Shown here piece after piece: positions 38,213-47,684 of a stretch of DNA of 64,000 bases. The stretch lies in the NCBI GenBank assembly GCA_964601305.1, contig CAZRMW010000002.1:3439-67438 (forward strand), written 5' to 3'. The translations under genes and the position numbers were made by a program. A model generated the notes under the pieces. It did no database searches. It was not told where the DNA came from and was given only the letters and a program-made list of their open reading frames with translations. The stretch comes from an uncultured Candidatus Saccharibacteria bacterium (GTDB taxonomy: Bacteria > Patescibacteriota > Minisyncoccia > JAHISW01 > Tagabacteraceae). Every line of letters begins with the position of its first letter. The first letter of the stretch is position 1.

Positions 38213-38365
38213 TTACGAAGTTTTTCTGCCCCCATTTCTTATTCTAAAACTTTTTGCTTTTAGTTTTGCAAGTTTTTCTGCCGTTTCTGTATCTGGTGTG
38301 GGTTTTTTGTCTTTTTCAACGCAGAAAAACTGACACATTTTTTTTAAATGATCGATGGGCTTCAT
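38213..38365 (-). CDS. Small hypothetical protein (50 aa, not in ORF track)
   Basis: MKPIDHLKKMCQFFC..GGRKTS; GGGAGG SD; TTGACA upstream; hairpin at 38168-38192. Confidence 0.45.
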   Translation of the reverse strand: MKPIDHLKKMCQFFCVEKDKKPTPDTETAEKLAKLKAKSFRIRNGGRKTS

Positions 38366-38579
38366 TGCAACCTCCCTTCCCTCCGTAGCTTTATGCGAAG
38401 GAGGGTCTCTTTAAAGTTCTAGTTTTTCTAATTCGCTTTCAAAAAGATCTACTTAGGGTCTTTTCTGAAAATGAACTAAAACGTTTATCTAAAAAATATA
38501 TTAATTTAGCTTAGTACTTTTGTCAAGATGAACATACCATGGTATGTTCATTGAACGTTCATTGATAGATTCATGAGGA

Positions 38580-38656
38580 TGGTGGACCCTACCGGATTTG
38601 AACCGGTGACTTCTTCCATGCCATGGAAGCACTCTGGCCAACTGAGCTAAGGGCCC
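38580..38656 (-). tRNA. tRNA-Ala(GGC)
   Basis: Cloverleaf, G3:U70 pair, anticodon loop ATGGCAT, encoded CCA. Confidence 0.97.
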
Positions 38657-38733
38657 CTAAATCTAAATTAAACTTAATTTAGATCGGGCGAACAATTTTG
38701 TTAACAAAATAGTTTTAGCCTTGTTAATTTTTA

Positions 38734-38805
38734 TGCCCTCACCAGGAATCGAACCTAGATCTGATCCTTAGGAGGGATCTGTTCTATCCGTTGAACTACG
38801 AGGGC
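38734..38805 (-). tRNA. tRNA-Arg(CCT)
   Basis: GATCC-CTCCTAA-GGATC anticodon arm, GGTTCGATTCC T arm; no encoded CCA. Confidence 0.95.
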
Positions 38806-38837
38806 TCGCTAAGTGTGATTTATCCCGCTCGGCGGGG

Positions 38838-39074
38838 TTATTTTACACCTAACAATTCTGAGATTTTAGCTTTGTCGAAACCAATTATTGTTTCGTCGCC
38901 AATCGTTATTACTGGTACAGCCATTTGGCCAGTTTTTTCTATAAGCTCGTTTCTTTTGGCTTCGTCTATAGATACATCAAATTCTTCGTATTCTATGCCT
39001 TTTTCTTTAAACCAATCTTTTGCCATTACACAGTAGGCGCAAGAAGGAGTAGAGTATATTTGTACTTTTTGCAT
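38838..39074 (-). CDS. Glutaredoxin/NrdH-like redoxin
   Basis: YSTPSCAYC, GQMAVPVI, IGFD. Confidence 0.92.
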   Translation of the reverse strand: MQKVQIYSTPSCAYCVMAKDWFKEKGIEYEEFDVSIDEAKRNELIEKTGQMAVPVITIGDETIIGFDKAKISELLGVK

Positions 39075-39148
39075 ATTTTTAAATTTTTAAAAATTAATAA
39101 TACACTAGTATTCTACACTAATTTATCTTTATAGCAATTTATTTTTTG

Positions 39149-39233
39149 TGCGCGGAAGAGGATTTGAACCTCCACGAGAGTAACTCTCACTACCCCCTCA
39201 AGGTAGCGCGTCTACCAGTTCCGCCACCCGCGC
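39149..39233 (-). tRNA. tRNA-Leu(GAG)
   Basis: CTACC-TTGAGGG-GGTAG arm, long variable arm; no encoded CCA. Confidence 0.96.
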
Positions 39234-39237
39234 TATT

Positions 39238-39750
39238 CTACTCTTTAGTTTTTGTAGATTCTTCTTTTTTAGTTTCCGCGCCCAAACTTTCAGATTGAGG
39301 TGGACCCGCCTGAATGTCCTTTGGACTTTCGGCGGGTTCTTCTTTGTCTTCTTCTGGTTTAGCTTCCACTTTTGAAGCGTCCATAATAGTTTCTTTGATT
39401 TGTTTCATTTGCTTCATTTTCTTTCTTACTTGTCTTGCAGCCCTTTCTCTTAAGTAATAAAGTTTGGCCCGCCTTACTCTTTTTGGTCTGCTTATAAGCT
39501 CTATTTTTTCAATTTTTGGTGAATATAGAGGTAAGGTTATTTCTACTCCTACACCTCCAGAAATTTTTCTTATAGTAAAAGTGGCACCTGGCTCTGTGCC
39601 GTGTTTTCGTGCAAGCAAAAGGCCTTCAAAAGCTTGAAGCCTACTTTTTTTACCTTCTTGGATTCTTTGCCACACTTTTACTGTGTCTCCTGGGCGAATA
39701 TCCAAATTTTTTCTGTCTTCAGTTTTTACAGGTGTAAATTGCATTTGCAT
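39238..39750 (-). CDS. rplS: 50S ribosomal protein L19 with C-terminal extension
   Basis: [37 protein letters not shown]. Confidence 0.97.
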   Translation of the reverse strand: MQMQFTPVKTEDRKNLDIRPGDTVKVWQRIQEGKKSRLQAFEGLLLARKHGTEPGATFTIRKISGGVGVEITLPLYSPKIEKIELISRPKRVRRAKLYYLRERAARQVRKKMKQMKQIKETIMDASKVEAKPEEDKEEPAESPKDIQAGPPQSESLGAETKKEESTKTKE

Positions 39751-40460
39751 TACTCTTTTCTATCACAGTTTTCTAGATTATTCAATACTCTTTGTAAATC
39801 TTCTGGTAAGTCGGCTTCTAACTTAATTTTTCCATTTTGGGGGAGAGAAAACTCTAAGGAAGAAGCATGCAAAAAGTGTCTTTGTAAACCAAAAGGGCAA
39901 ACAGGTGTCTTTGTATAAACTTTATCGCAAACTATAGGTTTACTTATAGCTTTTAGGTGGACTCTTATCTGGTGTGTGCGCCCTGTTTTGGGCGACACCC
40001 GTAAGAGTGTATATTCTTTATACTCTTGTTCGACATTATATTCTGTAATTGCTTCGCGGAGTTTTCCACGAGCTCTTTTGTGTGCTAGGCGTTTGGTCGG
40101 AGTTTTTGGACTTCGGCCAATTGGTATATCTATTGTTCCACTCTTTTTATTTATTTTGCCTTCAATAAGAGCCAAGTATGTTTTTTTAATTTTCTTTTCT
40201 TGGAACTGTTTTTTTAGGTATTCAAAAGTTTTTTGGTTTTTGGCAATTAGTAAAATACCAGAAGTGTCTCTGTCTAGTCTGTGTACTATACCTGGGCGTA
40301 TTTCAGGGTCATCTCCTACCTTTTTAACCTCAGGATAATTTTCTATAAGCCAATCGACTAATGTTTCATGTTTCATATTTTGTGCTTCATGAATAAGAAG
40401 CCCAGCAGGTTTGTTTATTGCAACAATATTTTTATCTTCATATATTATTTTTATATTCAT
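39750..40460 (-). CDS. RluA/RluD-family pseudouridine synthase
   Basis: [28 protein letters not shown]; start moved to ATG 40460 because the longer ORF overlaps a tRNA. Confidence 0.93.
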   Translation of the reverse strand: MNIKIIYEDKNIVAINKPAGLLIHEAQNMKHETLVDWLIENYPEVKKVGDDPEIRPGIVHRLDRDTSGILLIAKNQKTFEYLKKQFQEKKIKKTYLALIEGKINKKSGTIDIPIGRSPKTPTKRLAHKRARGKLREAITEYNVEQEYKEYTLLRVSPKTGRTHQIRVHLKAISKPIVCDKVYTKTPVCPFGLQRHFLHASSLEFSLPQNGKIKLEADLPEDLQRVLNNLENCDRKE

Positions 40461-40462
40461 AG

Positions 40463-40535
40463 TGCGCCCTGCAGGATTCGAACCTGCGACCCCTTGCATG
40501 TCGAGCAAGTGCTCTGCCGGCTGAGCTAAAGGCGC
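40463..40535 (-). tRNA. tRNA-Val(GAC)
   Basis: CTTGC-TCGACAT-GCAAG arm, GGTTCGAATCC T arm; no encoded CCA. Confidence 0.93.
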
Positions 40536-40591
40536 TTAATTAAATACTATTATATTTGGCGTAATTGGCAACGACGAGTATACTAAACTTT

Positions 40592-42298
40592 ATGGAAAAC
40601 AAAAAATGGAAACTAAAAGAACAAATAGGGAGCGATTTGGAGGAACAACTTCTTCATTCTTTTGACATAGAACAAAAAGATAAAGAAAAGTTTTTAAACC
40701 CAGATTATGAATTAGGTTTGCGAGATCCTTTTGATATTCTGAATATGGACAAGGCTGTGGATAGAATTTTAGAGGCGATAGAAAAAGATGAAAAGATAAT
40801 TGTTTTTGGAGACTACGATGCAGATGGGGTTTGTGCTTCAGCAATATTTAATGATTTTTTTAGAAAAATAGATTTTGAAAATTTTGAAGTATATATACCA
40901 AATAGACGCACTGAGGGGTACGGTCTTAGTTTTGAAAAAATTGATCAGTTTGAAAAAGATGGAGTAAATTTAATTATTACTGTCGATTGTGGGATTACAG
41001 ACCATGAGGAAATAAAAAGAGCTAAAAATAAGAAGATAGATGTAGTGGTTACAGATCATCACTTGGATGCTATTGGTCCACCTTCCGATGCGGTGGCGGT
41101 TGTAGATCCAAAACAGAGTGCAGATAATTATCCATTCGATATGATGTGCGGTGCGGGGGTGGCTTTTAAAGTTGTTGAGGCTATTTTGAAGAAAAAAAAT
41201 TTTAATGTAGTCGAAGGCTGGACAAAATGGCTTTTGGATTTAGTTTGTATAGCCACAGTAGCAGATATGGTAGATTTGGTAGATGAAAATAGAGTTTTTG
41301 TAAAATATGGATTAAAAGTAATGGCGGTATCTCAGAGACCAGGACTTGTAGCACTTTATAAAAAACTAAAGTTAAAGCCTAAAAATATAACAGAAGATGA
41401 TATTGCTTTTTTAATTGCTCCACGTATAAATACTGCCGGTAGAATGGAACACGCAAATATTAGTTTCAATCTTCTTACAACAACCAATCCCGAAGAGGCC
41501 ACTTGGGGAGCGGGCAGACTCGAAGAAAAAAACATAGAGAGGAGACAGGTGGCGGAAGTGGTATTATCTGGCGTTGAAAAAAAGATGGAAAACATCCCGC
41601 CTAACAGCGAGGCAGGCAAAAAAATTCCAGAATTTTTGTTTTTTGGAGACGAGAGTTGGAATATTGGAGTTTTGGGTGTTGCCACGAATAGAGTTTTAGA
41701 AAAATATAACAAGCCAGTTTTTTTGTGGGGTAAAGGAGAAAACAAGGATATAAAAGGATCTTCGAGAAGTGACGGCACTGTAAATCTCGTAGAGGTTATG
41801 AAGATAGCAGCGAAAAAAAATAAAGGTTTGTTTTTAGACTATGGTGGGCATAAATTTGCGGCTGGTTTTACTGTTGAAGCAGAAAAAATTAAAGATGTAG
41901 AGAAAGCAATTCAGGAAGCTTTTAAGGAGGTAGAAAAAGAGGAAGTAGAAGATGAATTATTTATAGACAAAGAGTTGGAATTGGATAATGTAAATGTTGA
42001 TTTGTGGGAGGTAATAAACAAATTTAGTCCATTTGGTGTAGGCAACCCTAAGCCCAATTTTTTATTTAAAAATCTCAAGGTTCTAAATGTAAGAAAGTTT
42101 GGAAATGGAGGGATACATCTCGGGTTAGATTTTAAGACTAATAATGGTTTTGTGTCGGCAATAGGATTTTTTATGAATGGTAAAGATTTTGATGTGAAGA
42201 CTGGAGAAAAGATAGACTTAGTGGCAAATGTTGAGAAGTCGACTTTTAAAGGGTACGATGAAATAAGATTAAGAATAGTAGATTTTAAAGTTTTATGA
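40592..42298 (+). CDS. recJ: ssDNA exonuclease RecJ
   Basis: GDYDADG, TVDCG, TDHH, PRINTAGR, GGHKFAAG, PFGVGNP. Confidence 0.96.
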   Translation: MENKKWKLKEQIGSDLEEQLLHSFDIEQKDKEKFLNPDYELGLRDPFDILNMDKAVDRILEAIEKDEKIIVFGDYDADGVCASAIFNDFFRKIDFENFEVYIPNRRTEGYGLSFEKIDQFEKDGVNLIITVDCGITDHEEIKRAKNKKIDVVVTDHHLDAIGPPSDAVAVVDPKQSADNYPFDMMCGAGVAFKVVEAILKKKNFNVVEGWTKWLLDLVCIATVADMVDLVDENRVFVKYGLKVMAVSQRPGLVALYKKLKLKPKNITEDDIAFLIAPRINTAGRMEHANISFNLLTTTNPEEATWGAGRLEEKNIERRQVAEVVLSGVEKKMENIPPNSEAGKKIPEFLFFGDESWNIGVLGVATNRVLEKYNKPVFLWGKGENKDIKGSSRSDGTVNLVEVMKIAAKKNKGLFLDYGGHKFAAGFTVEAEKIKDVEKAIQEAFKEVEKEEVEDELFIDKELELDNVNVDLWEVINKFSPFGVGNPKPNFLFKNLKVLNVRKFGNGGIHLGLDFKTNNGFVSAIGFFMNGKDFDVKTGEKIDLVANVEKSTFKGYDEIRLRIVDFKVL

Positions 42299-42738
42299 AT
42301 ATGAATAAAACAATTATATATACAGATGGTGGGTCTAGGGGTAACCCAGGACCGGCTGGTGTGGGGGTAGTGATTGCTAACGAAAAAAACCAAACTATAA
42401 AAGGTTATTCAAAAGCTATTGGAAAAAGAACTAATAATGAAGCAGAATATGAAGCTGTTATTTTGGCGATGCAAAAGACTAAGCAGCTTTTTGGTAAAGA
42501 AAAAGTTAAGAAAATGGATTTTGAATTTAGAATGGATAGTGAGCTTGTGGCGAGACAGCTTCGTGGGGAGTATAAAATGAAAGAAGAAAAATTAATTCCT
42601 CTTTTCATAAAAATTTGGAATTTAAGAACAGAGTTTGGTGAGATTGTATTTAAAGAGATTCCTCGTGAAAAAAACAAGACGGCAGATGCTCTTGCAAACG
42701 AAGCTATGGATACTAAAAAACAAGAAGGGTTATTTTAG
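42295..42738 (+). CDS. rnhA: Ribonuclease HI
   Basis: TDGGSRGNPG, TNNEAEY, DSELV, N..AD.LAN. Confidence 0.93.
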   Translation: MNMNKTIIYTDGGSRGNPGPAGVGVVIANEKNQTIKGYSKAIGKRTNNEAEYEAVILAMQKTKQLFGKEKVKKMDFEFRMDSELVARQLRGEYKMKEEKLIPLFIKIWNLRTEFGEIVFKEIPREKNKTADALANEAMDTKKQEGLF

Positions 42739-42763
42739 AATTTCAAAAACAGAAACTAATTAT

Positions 42764-43573
42764 ATGAAATCTAAAAAACAAAAAAATATAAAACCTATAG
42801 TTTTTCAAGATAAAGAAGTTAGACGAGTTTGGGACGAAAAAAAAGAAGAATGGTATTTTTCAATTATTGATATTATTGAAATTTTAACCGAAAGTCCGAG
42901 ACCAAGAAAATATTGGAATGCTTTGAAAACTAAATTAAAAAAAGAAGGCTCTCAGTTGTCCCAAGATGTGGGACAACTGAGAATAAAATCAGGAGATGGA
43001 AAACTTTATTTAACAGATGTTGCTGATACAAAAACTATTTTTAGGCTTGTTCAATCAATTCCAAGTAAAAAAGCAGAACCATTTAAATTGTGGCTTGCTA
43101 AAGTTGCTAATGAGAGAATAAATGAAATTTATGACCCTGAAATTGCTATAAATAGAGCAATTAAGATTTATCAAAGAAAAGGTTATGATGAAAAATGGAT
43201 AAATCAAAGATTAAAATCTATTGAAATCAGGAAAGAACTTACAGATGAATGGAACGAACGAGGAGTAAAAGAAGGGCTTGAGTATGCTATTTTGACAAAT
43301 GAAATTTTAAGATCTTGGAGTGAAATGGATACTTTGCAATATAAAAAGTTTAAAGGATTAAAAAAGGAATCACTAAAAGACAATATGTCTAATTTAGAAT
43401 TGGTTTTAAACATGTTAGCGGAAACTTCAACAACTGAAATTAGTAAAAAAGAAAAACCAAAAGATTTTAAGGAAAATAAAAAAGTAGCAAAAAAGGGTGG
43501 GAGTATTGCCCAAAAAGCAAAATTTGAACTAGAAAAAAAATTAAAACGGAATGTTTTAAAAGGCAAAAAATAA
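42764..43573 (+). CDS. BRO-N domain (phage antirepressor-like) protein
   Basis: VRRVWD..WYFSIID, IPSKKAEPFKLWLA, IRKELTDEW; start placed at ATG 42764. Confidence 0.85.
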   Translation: MKSKKQKNIKPIVFQDKEVRRVWDEKKEEWYFSIIDIIEILTESPRPRKYWNALKTKLKKEGSQLSQDVGQLRIKSGDGKLYLTDVADTKTIFRLVQSIPSKKAEPFKLWLAKVANERINEIYDPEIAINRAIKIYQRKGYDEKWINQRLKSIEIRKELTDEWNERGVKEGLEYAILTNEILRSWSEMDTLQYKKFKGLKKESLKDNMSNLELVLNMLAETSTTEISKKEKPKDFKENKKVAKKGGSIAQKAKFELEKKLKRNVLKGKK

Positions 43574-43586
43574 ATTCTATAAAATT

Positions 43587-44045
43587 ATGAATAAAAAAAT
43601 GTACAGAGCTTTTATAGAAATTCCAAAAGGAGATGATAGAAGAAGGCATATGAAATATGATAAAAGTGGCTTGATTGACTTAGGACCGATTAAAGATGTT
43701 ATTCCTGTGAATAATGGTATTATGCCCATTCATTATGGCTATGTTTTAGATACGATCAACAAAAAAGAAGACCCTCCTGAAGAATTAGATGTTTTAATCT
43801 TTTCAAAAAAACAATTTCAGATATCTGATGTTATAAAAATTAAACCAATCGCAATAATAAAAAGAGAAGACAATGATCACAAAATAGTCGCAACGGAAGA
43901 AAATGATTTAAGGGGTTGGAAGGAGATTCATGACAACGAAAAAGAACTAATTAAAAGCTATTTTGGTTACAAATCCAAAATTGTGAGTATAGAGGGAGAA
44001 AAGGAAGCTATTGATTTGATCGAAAATTCGTTGGTTGTTTCATGA
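43587..44045 (+). CDS. ppa: Family I inorganic pyrophosphatase-like protein
   Basis: EIPKG, P.HYG, LDVL, D.DHKIV. Confidence 0.75.
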   Translation: MNKKMYRAFIEIPKGDDRRRHMKYDKSGLIDLGPIKDVIPVNNGIMPIHYGYVLDTINKKEDPPEELDVLIFSKKQFQISDVIKIKPIAIIKREDNDHKIVATEENDLRGWKEIHDNEKELIKSYFGYKSKIVSIEGEKEAIDLIENSLVVS

Positions 44046-45490
44046 ATTCTAAGCATTTTTTAATTTTTATAATTTTCTTTGGAGTCGGTGTTTTTGCTGG
44101 CTCATTTGTTAGTACGAGCTTATCTTTTTATTTGGGCTTGTTTTTCATTCTTCTTGCTATAGTTTTTCAACTAGTGAGGTTCAACCTCACTAGTTTGGTA
44201 TGGGTGCTAGGGGTGTTTGCGGTGGGGTGCGGTCTTGTCTATTTTGGTTTTGTGGCAGAGCCGGCGGATATGTCTTTTTTGGAAAGTAAAATTGGAGAAA
44301 GAGTTGTTTTGGAGGGTGTGGTGATAGACGAGCCAGATGAAAGAGAAAAATATACAAGATATGTTTTAGAGATAGATAAAGGGGTTAATGTTTTACTTAC
44401 TGCAAGACATTATCCAAAGTTTAAATACGGAGACAAGGTTGAAGTGAAGGGTGTTTTGAAGAAACCAAGTAATTTTAGTGAGTTCGACTGGAGGGCATAT
44501 TTAGCTAAGGATGATATTTATTTTGAAGTATTTTATCCAGAGATAAAATTTTTGTCTGCGCGTCAGGGGTCGGAAATTAAGTATCAACTTTTGGCTTTCA
44601 AGAAAAAATTATTAAACAACGTTTCGGCAGTAATTCCAGAACCTCACTCTGCACTTTTGGGAGGGCTAACTTTTGGCGCCAAGCAAAGCATGCCAAAAAG
44701 TTTGCTCGAAGATTTTAGAAGTACTGGGGTAATACACATAGTAGTGTTGTCTGGCTATAACGTAACAATAATTGCGGATTTTATAATGCGCATTTTTTCT
44801 TTTTTGCCATTTTATTTTGGTATTGGGTTTGGTGCGTTGGGAATACTTGCTTTTGCCATTATGGCTGGAGCTTCAGCGACCGTGGTGCGTGCTTCTATTA
44901 TGGCGATACTTGTGCTCTTGGCGCGTGCGACTGGAAGGATTTATGAAATTACAATTGCTCTTTTTGCAGCTGGATTTTTAATGGTGCTTCATAATCCAAA
45001 AATAATTCGGTTCGATTCTTCTTTTCAGCTTTCTTTTTTAGCAACTATGGCATTAATTTATGTGGCGCCTCTTGTAGAAACAAAACTAAAATTTTTGCCT
45101 AAAAAACTTCAGATTAGAGAAATTGCTACAGCTACTGTTTCTACACAGATTTTTGTGTTGCCACTTATTTTATATAAAATGGGTTTGTTTTCTGTTGTGA
45201 GCTTGCCAGTGAACTTGCTGATTTTATTTTTTGTACCGGCGACGATGTTTTTTGGGTTTATGACAGCAGCGACAGGTTTTCTTTCATATTTTATAAGCTT
45301 ACCTTTTTCTTGGATAACTTATGGGTTGTTAAATTATGAATTAAAAATTGTAGAAATTTTTGCAAGTCTACCTTTTGCATCTTTTGAAATAAGCAATTTC
45401 CCACTTTGGCTAATGTTGACAATCTATGTTTTTTACGCTATTTTGATTATCAGATTGAGAAACAAAAACCCAAAAAGCCACGCCGCATAA
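44042..45490 (+). CDS. comEC: ComEC/Rec2 competence channel (OB-fold + membrane domain)
   Basis: GVIHIVVLSGYN, VRASIM, SFQLSF; multiple TMs. Confidence 0.93.
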   Translation: MNSKHFLIFIIFFGVGVFAGSFVSTSLSFYLGLFFILLAIVFQLVRFNLTSLVWVLGVFAVGCGLVYFGFVAEPADMSFLESKIGERVVLEGVVIDEPDEREKYTRYVLEIDKGVNVLLTARHYPKFKYGDKVEVKGVLKKPSNFSEFDWRAYLAKDDIYFEVFYPEIKFLSARQGSEIKYQLLAFKKKLLNNVSAVIPEPHSALLGGLTFGAKQSMPKSLLEDFRSTGVIHIVVLSGYNVTIIADFIMRIFSFLPFYFGIGFGALGILAFAIMAGASATVVRASIMAILVLLARATGRIYEITIALFAAGFLMVLHNPKIIRFDSSFQLSFLATMALIYVAPLVETKLKFLPKKLQIREIATATVSTQIFVLPLILYKMGLFSVVSLPVNLLILFFVPATMFFGFMTAATGFLSYFISLPFSWITYGLLNYELKIVEIFASLPFASFEISNFPLWLMLTIYVFYAILIIRLRNKNPKSHAA

Positions 45491-45524
45491 TCTAAATATA
45501 TGCAGGCGGGCAGGGAGATCTAAA

Positions 45525-45704
45525 ATGCCCGAAGAAGAAAGATATACTTCAAAAGTTTGCAGAGAAAGAAGAGAGATTTTAGTATTTTTAAATGAAATAG
45601 GTCAGGATCTGAAGGATGTGAAAGTAGTTCCCTTTAAAGAAAAAATTGGTGTACATACCCTTGATAAATACGAAGTTATCTACGAAGACAAAGAAGAGAT
45701 ATAA
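45525..45704 (+). CDS. Small hypothetical protein (59 aa, not in ORF track)
   Basis: MPEEERYTSKVC..YEDKEEI; AGGGAG SD. Confidence 0.55.
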   Translation: MPEEERYTSKVCRERREILVFLNEIGQDLKDVKVVPFKEKIGVHTLDKYEVIYEDKEEI

Positions 45705-45716
45705 AGGGGGTGTAAC

Positions 45717-45899
45717 ATGGATCAATTTGTACCAATGTTGCTTGATTCTCTTTGGGGAAAACTATTCTTTTCCTTCTTTGCTCTTCTTGGAGTTTTGTTT
45801 TTTTCGATGCTTGTATTTTCTGATTTTTGGATCAAAAAACTTCAGTTATCGATTGATTTTCTAGATAGTTGTATAAAAAAGCTTGAAGAATATAAATAA
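45717..45899 (+). CDS. Small single-TM protein
   Basis: GGGGG SD; one hydrophobic helix. Confidence 0.5.
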   Translation: MDQFVPMLLDSLWGKLFFSFFALLGVLFFSMLVFSDFWIKKLQLSIDFLDSCIKKLEEYK

Positions 45900-45960
45900 A
45901 TATTGTCTTACTAAAAATAATGGTAGGGAAAAAGTAAAAAGTCTCTTGGTTATATAGCAC

Positions 45961-45987
45961 AAGCCCGATCGGATGGTCGGGCTTTTA
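45961..45987 (+). terminator. Intrinsic terminator
   Basis: AAGCCCGATC..GGTCGGGCTTTT. Confidence 0.7.
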
Positions 45988-46011
45988 TTTTTGTGCTAGT
46001 TTGTTTTTAAG

Positions 46012-46869
46012 ATGATAGATTTTTTGAAGAAAAATTTTGCTTACATTTTTGTTGGTGCGCTATTTTTAGGAGCTGTTTTTGTTTGGTTCATAGTTTTTAC
46101 AGAAGACAGAAGTGGGATAGAAGTAAGTTTTTTAGATGTTGGTCAGGGCGATGCAGTTTTTGTACAAGCTGAAAATGGCAACCAAGCTTTGATAGACGGC
46201 GGGCCAAACAAAGCTATCTTACAACAACTTGCGAGAGTGATACCATTTTATGATAGATCGATAGATATACTCATACTATCTCATGCACACAGCGACCATA
46301 TTGAAGGGCTTATCGAGGTGCTTAAAAGATATAAAGTTGGCATGGTGGTGGAGCCATGCTTGGATTACAAATCTGCAGAATATAGAGAATTTTTAAATAT
46401 TATAGAAAGTAAAAAAATTTTAAGGGTTTGTGGAAGTGGAGGGCAAAAAATAAATCTTAGTGAGGGTGTTTATTTTGATGTATTGCTTCCAGTAGGAAAT
46501 GTAGAAGGAAGAAAAGTTCATGATGCTATGTTTGTAGCAAAACTAAATTATAGAAAAACTTCTTTTTTGTTTACAGGGGATATGGAGAAAAACCAAGAAA
46601 AATATTTAGTGAGTGTTTCAGATAAAGATTTAAAAAGCAATGTGCTAAAGGTGGGGCATCACGGATCAGATACATCTAGCTCTGAAATATTTCTAGGCTT
46701 CGCTAGTCCAGAGTATGCAATAATTTCTTCTGAAGAAGGAAATAAATTTGGCCATCCACATAAAGAGACTCTAGAAAAATTAGAAAATTTTGAAATAAAT
46801 ACTTTAAGAACAGATAAGCTGGGAACAATAAAAATCTGGAGTGACGGAGAACAAGTTTTTATAAAATAG
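46012..46869 (+). CDS. ComEC-associated metallo-beta-lactamase-fold nuclease domain
   Basis: FLDVGQGD, SHAHSDH, TGD, KVGHHGS, FGHPH. Confidence 0.92.
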   Translation: MIDFLKKNFAYIFVGALFLGAVFVWFIVFTEDRSGIEVSFLDVGQGDAVFVQAENGNQALIDGGPNKAILQQLARVIPFYDRSIDILILSHAHSDHIEGLIEVLKRYKVGMVVEPCLDYKSAEYREFLNIIESKKILRVCGSGGQKINLSEGVYFDVLLPVGNVEGRKVHDAMFVAKLNYRKTSFLFTGDMEKNQEKYLVSVSDKDLKSNVLKVGHHGSDTSSSEIFLGFASPEYAIISSEEGNKFGHPHKETLEKLENFEINTLRTDKLGTIKIWSDGEQVFIK

Positions 46870-46880
46870 TATAAAAAACA

Positions 46881-46905
46881 AAAAGCGACGGGGAGCCCGT
46901 CGCTT
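46881..46905. terminator. Terminator between convergent genes
   Basis: AAAAGCGACGGGAGCCCGTCGCTTT. Confidence 0.7.
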
Positions 46906-46923
46906 TGAATTATTGATAATTAA

Positions 46924-47493
46924 TCAATAGTTTTTTGTTTTTTCTTGTAAAGCTCTTAAAACTTTTATAAAATTTTTACCTTCTATTTCTTCAGGAAACT
47001 GTTTGCTGTTTACAAAAACAATTTTTCTTCTCATGCCAAGTTTTTCTATAAGCATAAAAACCGCACCGTTATCGAAATTTATTCCTCTGCTGTCTGGTAC
47101 ATACCAGATGTGGATTTCATCAGCATCAAGCATCGCATAGAAATTTGTGTTTAAAATGGTGGTGCCAATAGGGTCTGTTTTTTGATGTGGATTATCTCTA
47201 AGTGGCCAGAAAACTTCATTTCCTTCTTTTTCAAGTTTTTTCACATAAGCACGGACTTTATCTATTTCATCTTGGCTTATAATATTATTGCTCCGTACTG
47301 GGCTAATAAAAAATACTCTTGTTTTTCTGGAAGCTCTTTCTTTTTCTTGTTTTTCTTTTGCCATTTTGATCATGGAATTTCTTAGTGGCTTCAGTTTTTC
47401 ATGAGTTTGTTGTTCAGCAGATTTTAACCAATCTGGCCTTGTGTCTTCTTTACCGTCATCTATCAAAAAAACTTGCCATATTTTCTTTCCCAT
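46924..47493 (-). CDS. Nucleoside 2-deoxyribosyltransferase-like protein
   Basis: VFFISPV..VFWP.RD..DADEIHI..DSRG..FD.G pattern. Confidence 0.6.
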   Translation of the reverse strand: MGKKIWQVFLIDDGKEDTRPDWLKSAEQQTHEKLKPLRNSMIKMAKEKQEKERASRKTRVFFISPVRSNNIISQDEIDKVRAYVKKLEKEGNEVFWPLRDNPHQKTDPIGTTILNTNFYAMLDADEIHIWYVPDSRGINFDNGAVFMLIEKLGMRRKIVFVNSKQFPEEIEGKNFIKVLRALQEKTKNY

Positions 47494-47684
47494 TTTTCAC
47501 CTCTCAACGTGCGTTTTTGTTTAAAATAAATATAGCAGAAAAATTTTTGGTTTGCTAGTTCTTTGGTTTTACTTAAAACTATCCAATTTCTGCGGTCGCA
47601 GTGTTTCGGATAATTTTGTTGTTTGTTGATAGTTCTTTAAAATTTGATTAGAATGATTTTATTGATATTTAACTAAAAATAAAA

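Noticed and set aside
35400-38656. Integrative island formed by the tyrosine recombinase at tRNA-Ala
   Set aside because: I found no duplicate of the tRNA 3' end, and the protein looks like a housekeeping XerC/D
40461-40508. RluA N-terminal extension MLDMQGVAGSNPAGRT
   Set aside because: It is translated tRNA-Val sequence
42764-43573. Prophage implied by the BRO-N gene
   Set aside because: No phage structural, terminase or integrase genes nearby
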